From Squalus acanthias (Eukaryota), in NCBI GenBank assembly GCA_030390025.1, contig CM059433.1, positions 20,338,001-20,402,000 on the forward strand: a stretch of DNA of 64,000 bases. The letters are read 5' to 3'. Below the pieces are notes generated by a model, which was not told the DNA's origin, did not search any database, and was given only the letters and a program-made list of their open reading frames with translations. The position numbers were made by a program, and so were the translations under genes. This document shows, in pieces, positions 40,026-52,636 of the stretch; the first letter of the stretch is position 1, and every line of letters starts with the position of its first letter.

Positions 40026-42034
40026 CTCACATACAAGGGGAGGCGTACCATCTGTGCAGGTGCTGTCAGGAAAACGGTTTTACTTCGCAGATACTATTAC
40101 TGCCAGTTAGAAAGACTTTGGAAAATATGAAAGTGAAAGTTCCAACTGCAGGAATATTCTGATTGAAATAACTTAATGATTACCACTTCACAAACTGATA
40201 GCGCTTTGCAGTTCTGTGTGAATTAATACACTGCTCTTTTTTTATTGCATAGCTAATGTAATTCATTTTTTCATGTCACAAAATCTTACTCTGAAGTCAT
40301 GCAAAATGACTGAAGGAATTAGAGTCAGATTAAAAAAGGCTTTAATGGTGTGAATGCATGTGTTTTGATAAAGTTATGTGCAAGGACAAAAAGCTACTTA
40401 ACAATAAAATTGTTGAAAGAGCCACATATATTATGCAAAAGGCATTTCTTTAGAGTTAGACTTTATTACAGTGACATTGTTTTTAATCTGTAAAATCACG
40501 AGGAGAATTTAAAGATCTTTTGTGTGTGCTAGTCACATATATCTCTTAGGGGTCTTAAAAGACGATGAGATCCAAAATATTACCAGCAACAAGACCAGTA
40601 TTGACGTTACGCCAGCAGAATAAAAGACTGTTTAGTTGATGCATGATCGCAAAATCTTGTTAGCCATAAATGACATCTCTGTTGAATCTGTCCTACAGCA
40701 TAATATATGGGGAGCAATTTGTAGCAGTAATGATATGACTGCAGCAGTAATGATGAGATTACAGTTAATGCAGTAAAATGTGCACAGGCTAATTTGTAAC
40801 AGTAATGACACCACTATAGTGAATTGGTAGGTCATTTTTAAATGACTGTATGTATATTTATTAGCTTCTGGAGTAAATGTGAAGTCATCTGCATCTCTCC
40901 ACTCCCACAATAGCACCTATTGTTTCACACACTGTTTAAGTTAATGCATGCTTGTGCCTTCGTTGCTGAGTGCCTCAATGTTATTCATGACATTCTTCTA
41001 ACTCTACATGTTCGACATACACAGCCACCTGAACTTGACTTCTGAAGGGCGATTTTCAAATTGCTAATGGCTTCTGCAAGGTTCAGAAGTGACTGAGTTA
41101 CAACAGTTTGTTTTCAAAATGCCAACTATGGAGATGATCTTCAGGTAGCCGCAGATATTAAAGGCAAGAGATTACATGAGCAATGGGAAAAGGCTGTGAA
41201 TCTTGCGCCAACCTGGTACTGAAGATATATGTTTAGCGTGTGTGTGTGTGTGTGCATGCGTGTGTGGGTAGCTGTGTGTCTGAAACGTAAGCAGATTTGA
41301 TATCAGTGACAGCATTAGGCAGAACCATTGGCCACAATTTTGCCGGCGCTCAGAGGGCACCGTACTAGTTACCGTTCCGCACTCGCCGTCAACCCACCTC
41401 CAAACAACCTTCCCAAGTGTCGGGTCCCCGATTTGCGAATGGACCCGACACCTAGCAGCGGGAAACGGATTAAAGGCAATTAACTGCCTATTACCAGGTA
41501 CTTGTCAGTAGTGTTCAAGCTGTTTTTTGATTTACTAGCTTCTGCGTTGGGTTTCACGATATCCAGACAACATGCCAGGTAAGTGTGGCGTGTTGTGAGT
41601 CTGACCTAATGTTTGTGAAAAGATGACAGCTGCAGAAGTGGCGTCAAGGATGTCATGTTGCACATGGTGAGTTTCAGAGCAAAGAAAATCTTGGTTACTG
41701 AATTTTTAATACATATACAGGTTTCTTTAGCTTACAAGTTTTTAAATCCAACTGTATGTCCAGTGCCACCTCATTGGGACAACCTCTCTCACCAGTGACA
41801 GATCGCTTCTGTCATCTCACCTGCAGCTGCCATCTATTCCAGCATATGGAGGGAGTCATTGGAGAGCCTGAGTGCAAGAGTTCACCTTTGTGCAGTGATT
41901 GTCAGTGTTTTCAGCACCTCAATGCTGTCAAACACTGAGAAATCAACTGTCAAAATAAAATTGTGCGTGGTCCCTTTAAGGAAACCGGCAGATGACGCGT
42001 CATCAAATGACGTCATCAGACCCGCTTCCTGTTA

Positions 42035-43074
42035 TAAAAACAGAAAATGCTGGAAATACTCAGCAGGTCAGGCAGCATCTGTGGAGAGAGAAACAGAGTT
42101 AACGTTTCAGGTCGATGACCCTTCGTCAGAACTGGAAAAAGCTGGAGATGGAACAGGTTTTTAAACAAGTGCAGGGGCAGGGAAAGGGGGAAAGGGGACG
42201 AAGGAACAAAAGGGAAGGTCTGTGATAGGATGGAAGGCAGGAGAGATTAAGAGACAAAAGGGATGATGGTGCAAGGCAAAAGGAGATGGTAATGGGACAA
42301 GTTAAGAAACAAAAGATGGCTCTAGATGAAGTGTAAATGGCGATGGCAGAATGAAAGACAGCTTCCTTGTGAGAGAGAGAGAAAAAAATAGGGGCAGAGG
42401 TTATGGTCTGAAATTGTTGAACTCTATGTTGAGTCCAGAAGGCTGTAAAGTGCCTAACCGAAAGATGAGGTGCTGTTCCTCGAGCTTACGTTGAGCTTCA
42501 TTGGAACAGTGTAAGAGGCCGAGGACAGTGAGGTCTGAGTGGGAGTGGAGCGGAGAATTAAAGTGACAGGCGACCAGAAGCTCGGGGTCACCCTTACGGA
42601 CTGAACGGAGGTGTTCTGCAAGGCGGTCACCCAATCTGCGTTTGGTCTCCGCAATGTAGAGGAGACCGCATCGTGAGCAGCGAATACAGTATACTAAATT
42701 GCAAGAAGTACAAGTAAATTGCTGTTTCACCTGGAAGGAGTGTTTGGGGCCCTGGACAGTCGGAAGGGGGGAGGTAAAAGGGCAGGTGTTGCATCTCCTG
42801 CACTTGCTTGGGAAGTTGCTGGGCGAAGGGAAAGGGGTGTTGGGGGCGATAGAGGAGTGGACCAGGGTGTCGCAGAGGGAGCGGTCCCTTTGCAATGCTG
42901 AAAGGGGAGGTGAGGGGAAGATGTGTTTGGTGGTGGGATCACGCTGGAGGTGGCGGAAATGGCGGAGGATGATCCGTTGAATGTGGAGGCTGGTGGGGTG
43001 AAAGGTGAGGACAAGGGAACCCTATCGTGGTTCCGGGAGGGAGGGGAAGGGGTGAAAGCAGAAGTGCGGGAAAA
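42035..43074 (-). mobile_element. 5'-truncated Penelope-like element (family B): GIY-YIG region, 3' UTR and pLTR
   Basis: ORF 42401-42895 closely matches the C-terminus of the 54916 ORF. 11-bp TSD gcttcctgtta at 42024-42034 and 43075-43085. Confidence 0.92.
42097..42133 (-). ncRNA. Minimal type-I hammerhead ribozyme motif
   Basis: AGTT-CTGACGA-A-GGGTC(ATC)GACCT-GAAA-CG-TT-AACT; stem I AGTT/AACT; palindromic ACGU; triplet GUU. Confidence 0.75.
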
Positions 43075-43386
43075 GCTTCCTGTTAATTGGCCGGTAAGCC
43101 CGCACAAGGCCAATCAAGGGAAAATCACATCTGTGGAGCGGAGGCAGCGGGGGGCGGAACCCGGAAACCAGCTGACCCACACCCAAGGAAAAAATCACGG
43201 CCATCGAGTTTCTCAAGAAATTTTATGCTAGTAAGTTATTGATTCTTAATGTCGAGCTGCTCACTGGCAATGGAGAAACTGATGATGTTAAACTTGTTAA
43301 GGGTTGTATATTGCGCCAACCTGGTACTGAAGATATGTTTAGCATGTGTGTGCATGCGTGTGTGGGTAGCTGTGTGTCTGAAACGT

Positions 43387-44104
43387 GGGTGGGACAGTGT
43401 TTGCGGTGGGGGGGGATTAAATTGTTAAAAATGGAAAACCTGACCCAACCGCTGCGAACGCGCCTACTTACGATTTAACGGTTTGTGGTTGGACGAGTAA
43501 CCCGCTCCTGAGAGGCGGGTCAGTAATTATAATATTTAAATGAGTCTGCCTGCCTCAGATTCTATCAGCAATGTGGATTTAACGGTTGCGGGCCGGGTTT
43601 CCCAGGGCTCCGGAAACCCGGCAGCTGAAGGGAGGCAGGAGTTGCCGGATCCAGCAGGTAAGTGCTTTTCCAGCACCGACTGTGGGCCAGGAAACCACCT
43701 TCACCCCAAGCAAACCTGCTGCAATCGGCCGACCAAATCTCCACACGATCCCTCCACCCCCCGCGATCTCTCCGCCCCCTCCCCCCCACTCCGCGGTATT
43801 CCCCCTCCGCGATCACTCCCCGCGATCTCTCTTCGCACCCCCTCCCCCTCGTGCTTCGAGCCCCACGACCCTCGATCTTCTCGATTTGCCGGAGACAATC
43901 CTAGTGCTCCCCGGCTGCAGCCTTCTGCCGCAGGCTTTCCCACCCGACAGCCAGCCTCTCAATCCGGCCGGCTGTCGGGCGGGTAACGGAATTTTAAAAT
44001 TCTAATGCGGTCTGCGGTTCAGTTCGGCAGGGCCTCCATGTTCCCGGCAGCTGACGGGCCCCCGCCCCTGCTCCCTCCCCGCCTCCCCGCAAATATCGGA
44101 GCCC
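43387..44104. mobile_element. GC-rich Harbinger-like non-autonomous element
   Basis: Reverse-complement homology to 62410-63270; right end aaatatcggagccc. Confidence 0.6.
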
Positions 44105-44237
44105 TTGAAGTTATCTGAATTATCTCAGCTAGTTGCAAGAAATTTCATAAAGCGTTAGCAACAAATAAGTTAACACTTGATCATTTTGACTTTGAGAAGG
44201 GTTGAGTATTTCATCCATTTTATTCCGTTTTTCTCAG

Positions 44238-44309
44238 GGCCCCACAGTGATGTCGATATCATTCAGATCGCGTCCGATGCAATGAACCCTTTCCCTTCTC
44301 CAACTCTTG
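44238..44309 (+). other. Candidate 72-nt phase-1 exon of an unidentified gene
   Basis: ttccgtttttctcag acceptor, weak gtagtt donor; only one open frame (PHSDVDIIQIASDAMNPFPSPTL); CpG-rich relative to flanks. Confidence 0.28.
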
Positions 44310-44774
44310 GTAGTTTTAAGTATTTTCACTGTAAATTAGTGGGTCATTTCTAACCACTTAACAGAGTGAGACAACAACTATTTTAGCTTAGAAACACAAA
44401 CAAATATTTATCATACCAGTTTAACATTGGGCAATTAATTATTGCAGTTTAGCAGGAATGAATGAACTTGTATATATTGTCCTACTCTTGTCCTGAAGAC
44501 TTCCCAAAGCACTTTACAGACAATGAATTAACTTTGAATTGTAATCACTGTTTTATTGGCAATCACAGCAGTTAATTTGCACACTGCAAGGTCCCACAAA
44601 CAGCAATGTGATAAATAACCAGTTAATCAGTTTTGGTGGTGGTTGAGGGATGGACGTTGGCCAGGAAACTGGCAGAATGTTCTGTACTCTTTGAAAAACT
44701 GCCATAGGATCTTCACGCCTACCCAAACAGGCAAACAGAGCCTCAGTTAATAGGTGCATTGACCATGCAGTGTA

Positions 44775-45840
44775 CATAAGAACCTTAGAAATAGGAGCAG
44801 GAATAGGCCACCTGGCCCCTTGAGCCTACTCCGCCATTCAATAAGATCATGGCTGATCTTGGGCTCAAAGCCACTTCCCTGCCCGCTCCCCATAACCCTT
44901 CACTCCCTTATCTTGCAAAAATCTGTCTATCTCCACCTTAAATGTATTTAATGACCCAGCCTCCACGGCTCTCTGGGGCAGAGAATTCCAAAGATTTACG
45001 ACCCTCTGAGAGAAGAAATTCCTCCTCATCTCAGTTCTAAAAGGGCAACCCTTTATTCTGAAACTATGCCCCCGAGTTCTAGATTTCCCCACGAGGAGAA
45101 ACATCCTCTCTGCATCTACCTTGTCGAGCCCCCTCAGTATCTTCAATGTTTCAATAAGATCACCTCTCATTCTTCTAAATTCCAATGAGTATAGGCCAAA
45201 CCTGCTCAACCTTTCTTCATAAGTCAACCCCCTCATCTCAGGAATCAACCGAGTGAATCGTCTCTGAACTGCCTCCAATGCAAGTATATCCTTCCTTAAA
45301 TAAGGAGACCAAAACTGTACGCAGTACTCCAGGTGTGGTCTCACCAATACCCTGTACAGTTGTAGCAGGACTTCCCTGCTTTAATACTCCAACCTCCTTG
45401 CAATAAAGGCCAACATTCCATTTGCCTTTTTGATTACTTGCTGCACCTGCATGCTAACTTTTTGTATTTCATGCACAAGGACCCCCAGGCCCCTCTGAAC
45501 TGTAGCATTTTGTAATCTCTCTCCATTTAAATAATAATTTGCTTTTTTTATTTTTCCTGCCAAAGTGGATAACCTCGCACTTTCCCACATTATACTCCAT
45601 CTGCCAAATGTTTGCCCACTCACTTAGCCTGTCTATATCCCTTTGCAGGTTCTTTGAGTCCTCTGCACAACTTGCTTTCCCACCCATCTTTGTATCATCC
45701 ACAAACTTGGCTCCATTAAACTTGGTCCTTTCATCCAAGTCATTAATGTAGATTGTAAATAGTTGAGGCCCCAGTACCGATCCCTGTGGCACTCCACTAG
45801 TTACCGTTTGCCGACCGGAAAATGACCCATTTATCCCGAG
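44775..45840 (-). mobile_element. CR1 LINE 3' ~1 kb (frameshifted)
   Basis: ORFs 45469-45792 (PQGSVLGPQLFTIYINDLD..KFVDDTK) and 44865-45347, plus 3' UTR. Confidence 0.92.
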
Positions 45841-45869
45841 GTAAGCCTGGATAATGTGGTCCAGTCCTA

Positions 45870-46509
45870 GGGGTAGAAATTAGTCTGGGCCTGTTTCCAT
45901 GCGTGCCCGAACCAAGAGGCACGACGATCGATGGAAACTGGTCCTCGGCCCTCATCAACGTAATTGGGGTGAGCTGCCAGCACCAGTCACACCTACACAG
46001 GCAGCTCGCCCTGAGGGAAGACTTCAAATTTCGGGCCGCCTGCCTCGCCAGCAGTGGCCCTCAGCCCAGTCCGGGGACGAGTGTTGGTGTGGGCAACGGG
46101 GTGGTGCCACTGGCAACGCCTGTGGAGTCGGGCAAGCACTGCTGCTCCTCCTGGCCCCACAGGAAAGGTTTTTATTAAAGAAAGAATTTGTGAAACCTAC
46201 CTTTCGTTGGTGGCCTTGGGGGCTGCCGAAGAATCCTGAATGAGGCCGGCCCGACTCCTGCCTCGCTCACCATCGCCTCATTTCACCCAGGGGTCCTTCA
46301 ATTGGTGTTAGGCCCCGAATTTACACATTCAAGGCCTAATGCCTGTTTTAGTCGTCCACTCAGATCGCTTAAAAAGTGGGCCCTACAAATTTAGCAGTCA
46401 GACCAAGACCTGCGCAGATCGGGAGCTGGCTATCCCACTACTAAATTGGTATTCTTTGTGTCCATTTTATGCCCCAAAAATGGGTATAATGCATACCGAT
46501 TTCTACCCG
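45870..46509. mobile_element. Harbinger-like non-autonomous element
   Basis: TIRs ggggtagaaatt / gatttctacccg; 3-bp TSD cta (45867-45869, 46510-46512). Confidence 0.7.
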
Positions 46510-47526
46510 CTAGATTGGGGCTTGAATCCACAACCTTTCGACTCTAAGGTAAGGATAGGGAATAAGCTATTTAGTGACCTCTGTGTAGACATCACCAAAC
46601 TGGCTGTTAACTGTGAGGCAATCAGATACCAGGTTACGAGTTCCATTTATATGTCCTTGGGTCTCCCCAGCTGTGGCCTTGCCTCTCCCTTTCGGCGCTG
46701 GCATCAGCTGCCAAAGCCCTTGCCCAGGTTAGGCTGAGGACCGTTTCTTTGGCTCTCCGGCATCCTAAGGCTCCCGATTTATCTGATTTCCACTCCTGCC
46801 CGTCGGCCCTGATGTCAGTGCTGCCGGTTTTGGGCAGGAGACTGTTCTGGATTGTTTAAATGCGGTACGGGAGTTGAAATGGCCCGGGCCTCATGCTGAA
46901 ATCCCTGTCAGAGTCTCCCTCCCTCCTGCCCGCAGCCCCACTCGTCCTGAACATGGTCCACCCCCAGTAAAAATCAAAAACTCGGTGCCTGAAATTTTAA
47001 AAAGTGCTCCAATTTTCAGCTTCGACATTTCTTTCCCGGAGCACATAATGAATAGTTTCCCCATGACTTCTTTTGTCTTATGTCATTAATTGTTTCTCTT
47101 TTTTTTTTACTTTTGGCCTTATTGCCCCTTCAGTTCTATTACATTCGCCTACTGCTTTCATTAGGATATTTTGCTTTGCTTTTCCTTCTTGTGTGTTTGT
47201 CTACATCCTCCTGTGCCTAGCACTTTCCCATGACACTCCAAATTATACTTGCACACTGCTCTCGACCACCAAGAAGATTGCATCACAGCTGGTGTGCAGG
47301 AAAAGTCACAGGTTTCACACTGAGGGACTGGCAGCATGCAGCTCGGCTTCTCTACAGTCCTAGCGCCTGCCATGTTAAACCACCAAAGGCACAAAAACAC
47401 CCGCGACGTGCCTGAACAATTTACAGGCCTCACAGAAGACTTTTTAGACCTGAAACTGTGATTGAACGTATTGTAGTAAAGGTATTAACTTTGGAAGAGT
47501 GAGCCAATGTCTTATATTGTGCATTA

Positions 47527-48012
47527 AACAACAACAACTTGTATTTATATAGCGCCTTTAACGTAGTAAAACGTCCCAAGGCGCTGCACAGGAGTATTTT
47601 AAGACAAAAAAATTTGACACCGATCCACATAAGGATAAATTAGGGCAGATGACCAAAAGTTTGGTCAAAGAAGTAGGTTTTAAGGAGCGTCTTAAAGGAG
47701 GAAAGAGAGGTAGCGAGGCGGAGAGGGTTAGGCAGGGAATTCCAGAGCTTAGGGCCTAGGCAACAGAAGGCACGGCCACCAAAGTTTGAGCGATTATAAT
47801 CCGGGATGCTCAAGAGGGCAGAATTAGAGGAGCGCAGATATCTCGGGGTGGGGGGGCGGGGGGTTGTGGGGCTGGAGGAGATTACAGAGATTGGGAGGGG
47901 CGAGGCCATGGAGGGATTTGAAAACAAGGATGAGAATTTTGAAATCGAGGCGCTGCTTAACCGGGAGCCAATGTAGGTCAGCGAGCACAGGGATGTTGGG
48001 TGAACGGGACTT
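47527..48012 (-). mobile_element. L2-type LINE 3' end
   Basis: PVLADLHWLPVKQRLDFKIL...GGRAFCCLGPKLWNSLP...LKTYFFDQ; (GTT)n tail. Confidence 0.9.
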
Positions 48013-49064
48013 ATCCAATATCCAATAGTTGCTGTCCAAGTGGCTTCGCAAAAACGGCATCTCGCATCTGCCTCACCATTGAAATGTATTGAATGGCGTG
48101 AAGTTGCTGAATTTGCACGGTAGATACGAACTAAATGCGCCACAGAAAGTACAAGTCGAAGTACCCTTTTAACGATGTGATAACTGTTAATTACTGCCAA
48201 TCAACCACTCTGACACTGAAAATTAACTGTTACAAGTATGGAGTCACATTCCTTCAGGTATTAATTGTTGTTGGAGATATCGGCCTGGATTTTCTGCTCG
48301 GTTGCACAGATTTATTTCAGCGCAATTCTACCAAAATCAGCGTAACCGGTGCAAAAGTTTGCGAAATTTTAAGTGCAAATTGCGCCCAGCACAAATCGAG
48401 TTTCCACAATCTTTTGCGCTGGTTTAAAAAGCATCGCACCCACAAAACTGGCCACGCCACCAGGGTGAATTCATCACCATTGGGAGTTTCTGCTAATTGC
48501 GCCCATTTGTGGGCCTTCGAGGAGGCTCTTAAAGTTAAGCTGGTATTTTTAGATGCAAGGACACTAATAGACATGTTTTAAAAGCTCTTAAATATAATTT
48601 TGTTATTTACTAAGAAACTGACTACTGTACACCAATATAACTAGGAAATGGTTCTGGGTTTTTTTAAAGTCATTTTCAGTTATTTAAAATCGGGTTACTC
48701 ACAGGTGATGGATTTACACTCTAATTAAAAATGCTTATTTTTTGTGATAAACCCATTTTCAGCTGTATTAATAAAACTGCACCAAGTTACCACTCTTCAA
48801 TATATCAAGAAATATTTTGTAAAGCAAATTTTTTTTTTAAAAATTACGTTCGAAAGCGCTGTCCGTTTGCGCTGGTTGATGGCAGATTTTACGCTCGGCG
48901 ATATGCAAATGAGTTTTAGCGGAAACCTATTTCTCTTTCTGTACCTGATTTGACATTGAATTCACCCACTCTAACTTACACTTCCTTCTCAGTCCTTGCG
49001 CTGTTAATTTCCCAATCCTTCAATCTGATTGGTTAAGGAGATACACAGTTGCTTGCTCTGTTCA

Positions 49065-49445
49065 CTTTGAAATTGTTGAACTCGATGTTGAGTCCGGAAG
49101 GCTGTAAAGGGCCCTAATCGAAAGATGAGATGCTGTTCCTCGAGCTTCCTGTTGAGCTTCATTAGAACGGTGTCAGAGGCCAAGGACAGAGAGGTCAGAG
49201 TGGGAGTGGGGCGTAGAATTAAAGTGGCAAGTGACCGGAAGCTCAAGGTCACTCTTGCGGACTGAACGGAGGTGTTCCCCAAAGCGATCACCCAATCTGC
49301 GTTTGGTCTCCTCAATGGAGACCACATCGTGAGCAGCAAATACAGTATACTAAATTGAAAGAAGCACAAGTAAATCACTGTTTCACCTGGAAGGAGTGTT
49401 TGGGGCCCTGGACGGTGAGAATGGTCAGGTGTTACATCTCCTGCA
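49065..49445 (-). mobile_element. Decayed Penelope GIY-YIG fragment (family B)
   Basis: RKLEEQHLIFRLG; homologous to 54920-55315. Confidence 0.85.
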
Positions 49446-49995
49446 GTATAAATTCACGCTACTCCTGCAGAGAGTTGGACAACTAGTGTGCAAAAACTGC
49501 ATTGGCAGCGTAACAACGACATAAGATTGATCCACAGATGGTTAAAGCCCTGTTGCGATCATTACCATTGCCTGTGAATAATGCCCCTGTGTGGGATTTA
49601 CAGATTGAATCAATGGCATTCTGTGTTTGAGAGATTTTCTTATGTAATTCAGTGGCTCCAAGGATGTCTGCGGGGCAGATAAGATACACAAAAAATAATT
49701 TATGCTTCTGGTTAAACCTAATTACCAAAAATCTATGCAATAATTCCGTTGACTTAACTTAGCCTCTGCATTCAGAGTGCCCCAGATTCTTGGAAGATTG
49801 TTCAATTGCAGTTCTCGGTAACACTTTATATGAGTCTTTTGAATAATTATCTTCTTGAATCAACACACCAGGGTTATCTGATGAAAAACTTCGAAGAAAA
49901 ACTTTATAAAAATGAAGTTATTAAAATGTTTTTAAACTGTCTTTGATTTTACAATCTGCAAAATAAAAAGAAAAGAGAGCCATTTTTTAAGGAAA

Positions 49996-50272
49996 TCTCA
50001 CCAATTACGTGGTTGAAAGCTACGTGTTTCTATGATTCGCCATTTTTGTACAAAATGAAAGAAAGAGAATTATTTCACCAGTATCAGTGAACCACTAATG
50101 AAATCGTGGAAACATGTAGCTTTCAACCATGTAATTTGTGCGATGAAAACAGAAAATGCTGGAAACATTCAGCAGATCAGGTAGCATCTGTGGAGAGAAA
50201 ATGGTCAGGTTAACCTTTCAGGTCTGATGACTCCTTCGTTTTTGTTTGTTTCTTGCATGTAATTTGTGAGAA
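49996..50272. repeat. Palindromic element interrupted by a decayed Penelope pLTR (about 50146-50240)
   Basis: aattacgtggttgaaagctacgtgtttc / gaaacatgtagctttcaaccatgtaatt inverted arms; catgtaatttgtg is duplicated around the pLTR. Confidence 0.6.
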
Positions 50273-50317
50273 TGCTTTTCATTAACGGCAGTGGAAAAGC
50301 AGCTGCCTATCAGTGAT

Positions 50318-50975
50318 ACAACAACAACTTGCATTTATATAGCACCTTTAACGTATGCTTCACAGGAGCATACAAAATTTGACAAGGAGATATTAGGACA
50401 TGTGACCAAAAGCTTGGTCAAAGAGGTAGATTTTAAAGGAAGAGAGAGAGGTAGAGAGAGGTTTAGGGAGGGAATTCCAGAGCTTAAGACCTAGGCAGCT
50501 GAAGACATGGCCACCAATGGTGGAGCAATGAAAATCAGGGATGCGCAAGAGGCCAAAATTGGAAGAACGCAGAGATCTCAGAGGGTTGTAGGGCTGGAAG
50601 AGGTTACAGAGAGAGGGAGGGGCGAGGCCATGGAGGGATTTGAAAATAAGAATGAGGATTTTAAAATTGAGGCGATGCCGGACCGGGAGCCAGCACAGGG
50701 GTGATGGATGAACGGGACTTGGTGCGAGTTAGGATACAGGCAGCAGAGTTTTAGATGAGCTCAAGATTACGGAGCGTGCCAGGAGGGAGGCCAATCAGTA
50801 GAGCATTGCAATAGTTGAATGTAGAGGTAACAAAGGCATGGATGAGGGTTTCAACAGCAGATGAGCTGAGGACGGGGCAGAGATGGGTGATGTTACGGAG
50901 GTGGAAGTAGGTGGTCTTAGTGATTGAGAGGATATGGGGTCGGAAGCTCAGGGTCAAATAGGATGCCAAAGTTGC
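50318..50975 (-). mobile_element. L2-type LINE 3' fragment
   Basis: FHLRNI..L...ETLIHAFVTS..NYCNALL.GLP (typical L2 ORF2) and tail. Confidence 0.85.
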
Positions 50976-51359
50976 ACCTGTAATATCATCCTTTGACACT
51001 TCATCAACAGCTGAGGAACCTTTTAAACACTAGAAGTGCCAAGTTTAATAATACAGCTGGTGACTGTGCATTTGACAAAGAAACTGAGAAAAAAGGCGAT
51101 TTAGTGATGAGGCCCTGCAAGTGCTGGTGAACACAGTAAAGCAGCAATACAAGAACCTTTTGGGTGCAGGAGGTAATCTTGCTAGCATGCAAAGATGGCA
51201 CAAAGTGTGGCACCGTGTGACAGACCAAGGTGATGCTGTCTCTGCCACTTGGAGGACCCAGCAAGAGAAGTTGTATGACTTAAAGGAGGACGCAAATGTA
51301 AAGCACAAATGTTACCCAAAAATAGCAGCACAGTACTTACATGCATGTGAAGTAGAGTG

Positions 51360-51670
51360 AGGAAGAATTTGCATTTATATAACAACAGTGATTACACTGT
51401 GCGATACCATGTCCACTCAACATCCCAAAGTGATTCATTACTAGTGGATTGCCTCTATTTTGAATGTACTGATATTACGTAGGCAGACACTACAGCTAAT
51501 TTGCACGTAGTAATGTCCCACAAACAACAAACAAGGCGAGTGACTAGTCAATCTGTTTTTGATGGTGTTGGTTGAGGGTAAAATTTTGGTCAAGGCATCA
51601 GGAGACTACCTGCTCTTTTAATCGTGCCACAGGATCTTTACTTCCATTTGAGCAGGCAGACGTGGCCTCC
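51360..51670 (-). mobile_element. Degenerate Deu-SINE
   Basis: Decayed similarity to 36245-36550. Confidence 0.55.
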
Positions 51671-52370
51671 TCCTGCTCTTGCTACATTATGACATATAAG
51701 CCAATGGGCACAGCACCCATACCGTTAGACAGAAGGCCTCTGTGTGCTGTTTGGATTCCCCACTATTGTAGTGATAATTCAGAATCGTCCTCTTCGTAAA
51801 GCTCAGTAGTTCCAGATGTGACCTGAAATAAAATATTCCGTTCTTGCAGCTACAGAATGCCAAATGAGGTAATCGTTCTTGTCTGTTAACAAGACCTGAA
51901 GGAGATAAATTGACCTTTTTCCATCCACTCCAGCTGTGCTCCATTTTTTTGGCGTGGTAGGGATCCCCAGATCAGTGGGATACACAGATAGAATATCCAT
52001 TGACACTTCCTCCTTTTCACGTCTAATTTTTATGCTACGATTAGTGAACATAAGAATGTCAACTCCCCAGTAGTGCTAAACAAAACAGTTAGCAGGATTT
52101 GCGTCCTGTGGCCTCTCTGCGTGCGGCTAGTTTTAGATTTAATAGCGATCCCCGTTCAGGAGAACTGGCGAGGACCATTTGCTGCAATCCCCGTTTGATT
52201 ACAGCGACACTGGGCTGGATTTTGTCTTGGGGTCGGGTTGGGGTCGTGTCATCCGCATTTCGTGGTTCCCCTCCCGACTCCAGATTAATGTGGATGAATG
52301 ATGCAATTTTCACTTAATTGGGCAATTGAGTTCCAGCATGTGGGAACCCATGAAATAATTAGTGTTTTCA

Positions 52371-52516
52371 GTCTGAAAGTCGCCTCTGATGATGTCATCA
52401 TTGCTGACTGCCTAGTCTCAGAGACTGTTGGTGAGAGAGGACCTGCGTGGCTTGCTTTTGATGTGAGTGGACCTGGATGCAAAAATGGGGGGCGGGGGCG
52501 GGGGGTGCGGGGGGGA

Positions 52517-52551
<35 letters not shown>

Positions 52552-52636
52552 TTTTTGCATCCAAGTCCTCTCACAGCAAAGGCCAGGCAGTCTCTGAACA
52601 CATTCAATGCAGCAGCATCAGAGGCGACTTTCAGAC
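52371..52636. repeat. Fold-back element with central G-rich/(GA)n tract
   Basis: gtctgaaagtcgcctctgatg / catcagaggcgactttcagac perfect 21-bp arms, plus inner arms ending tggatgcaaaaa / tttttgcatcca. Confidence 0.75.

Larger units (their letters stand above)
41329..43202. mobile_element. Internally deleted Harbinger-like element carrying a nested Penelope insertion
   Basis: TIRs ggccacaatttt / aaaatcacggcc. Body homologous to 21983-22903; host sequence resumes at 43075 after the Penelope insert. Confidence 0.7.

Noticed and set aside
50200..50240. Additional functional hammerheads at 10413-10445, about 50200-50240 and 60137-60167
   Set aside because: The catalytic core or cleavage triplet is mutated or truncated in each.
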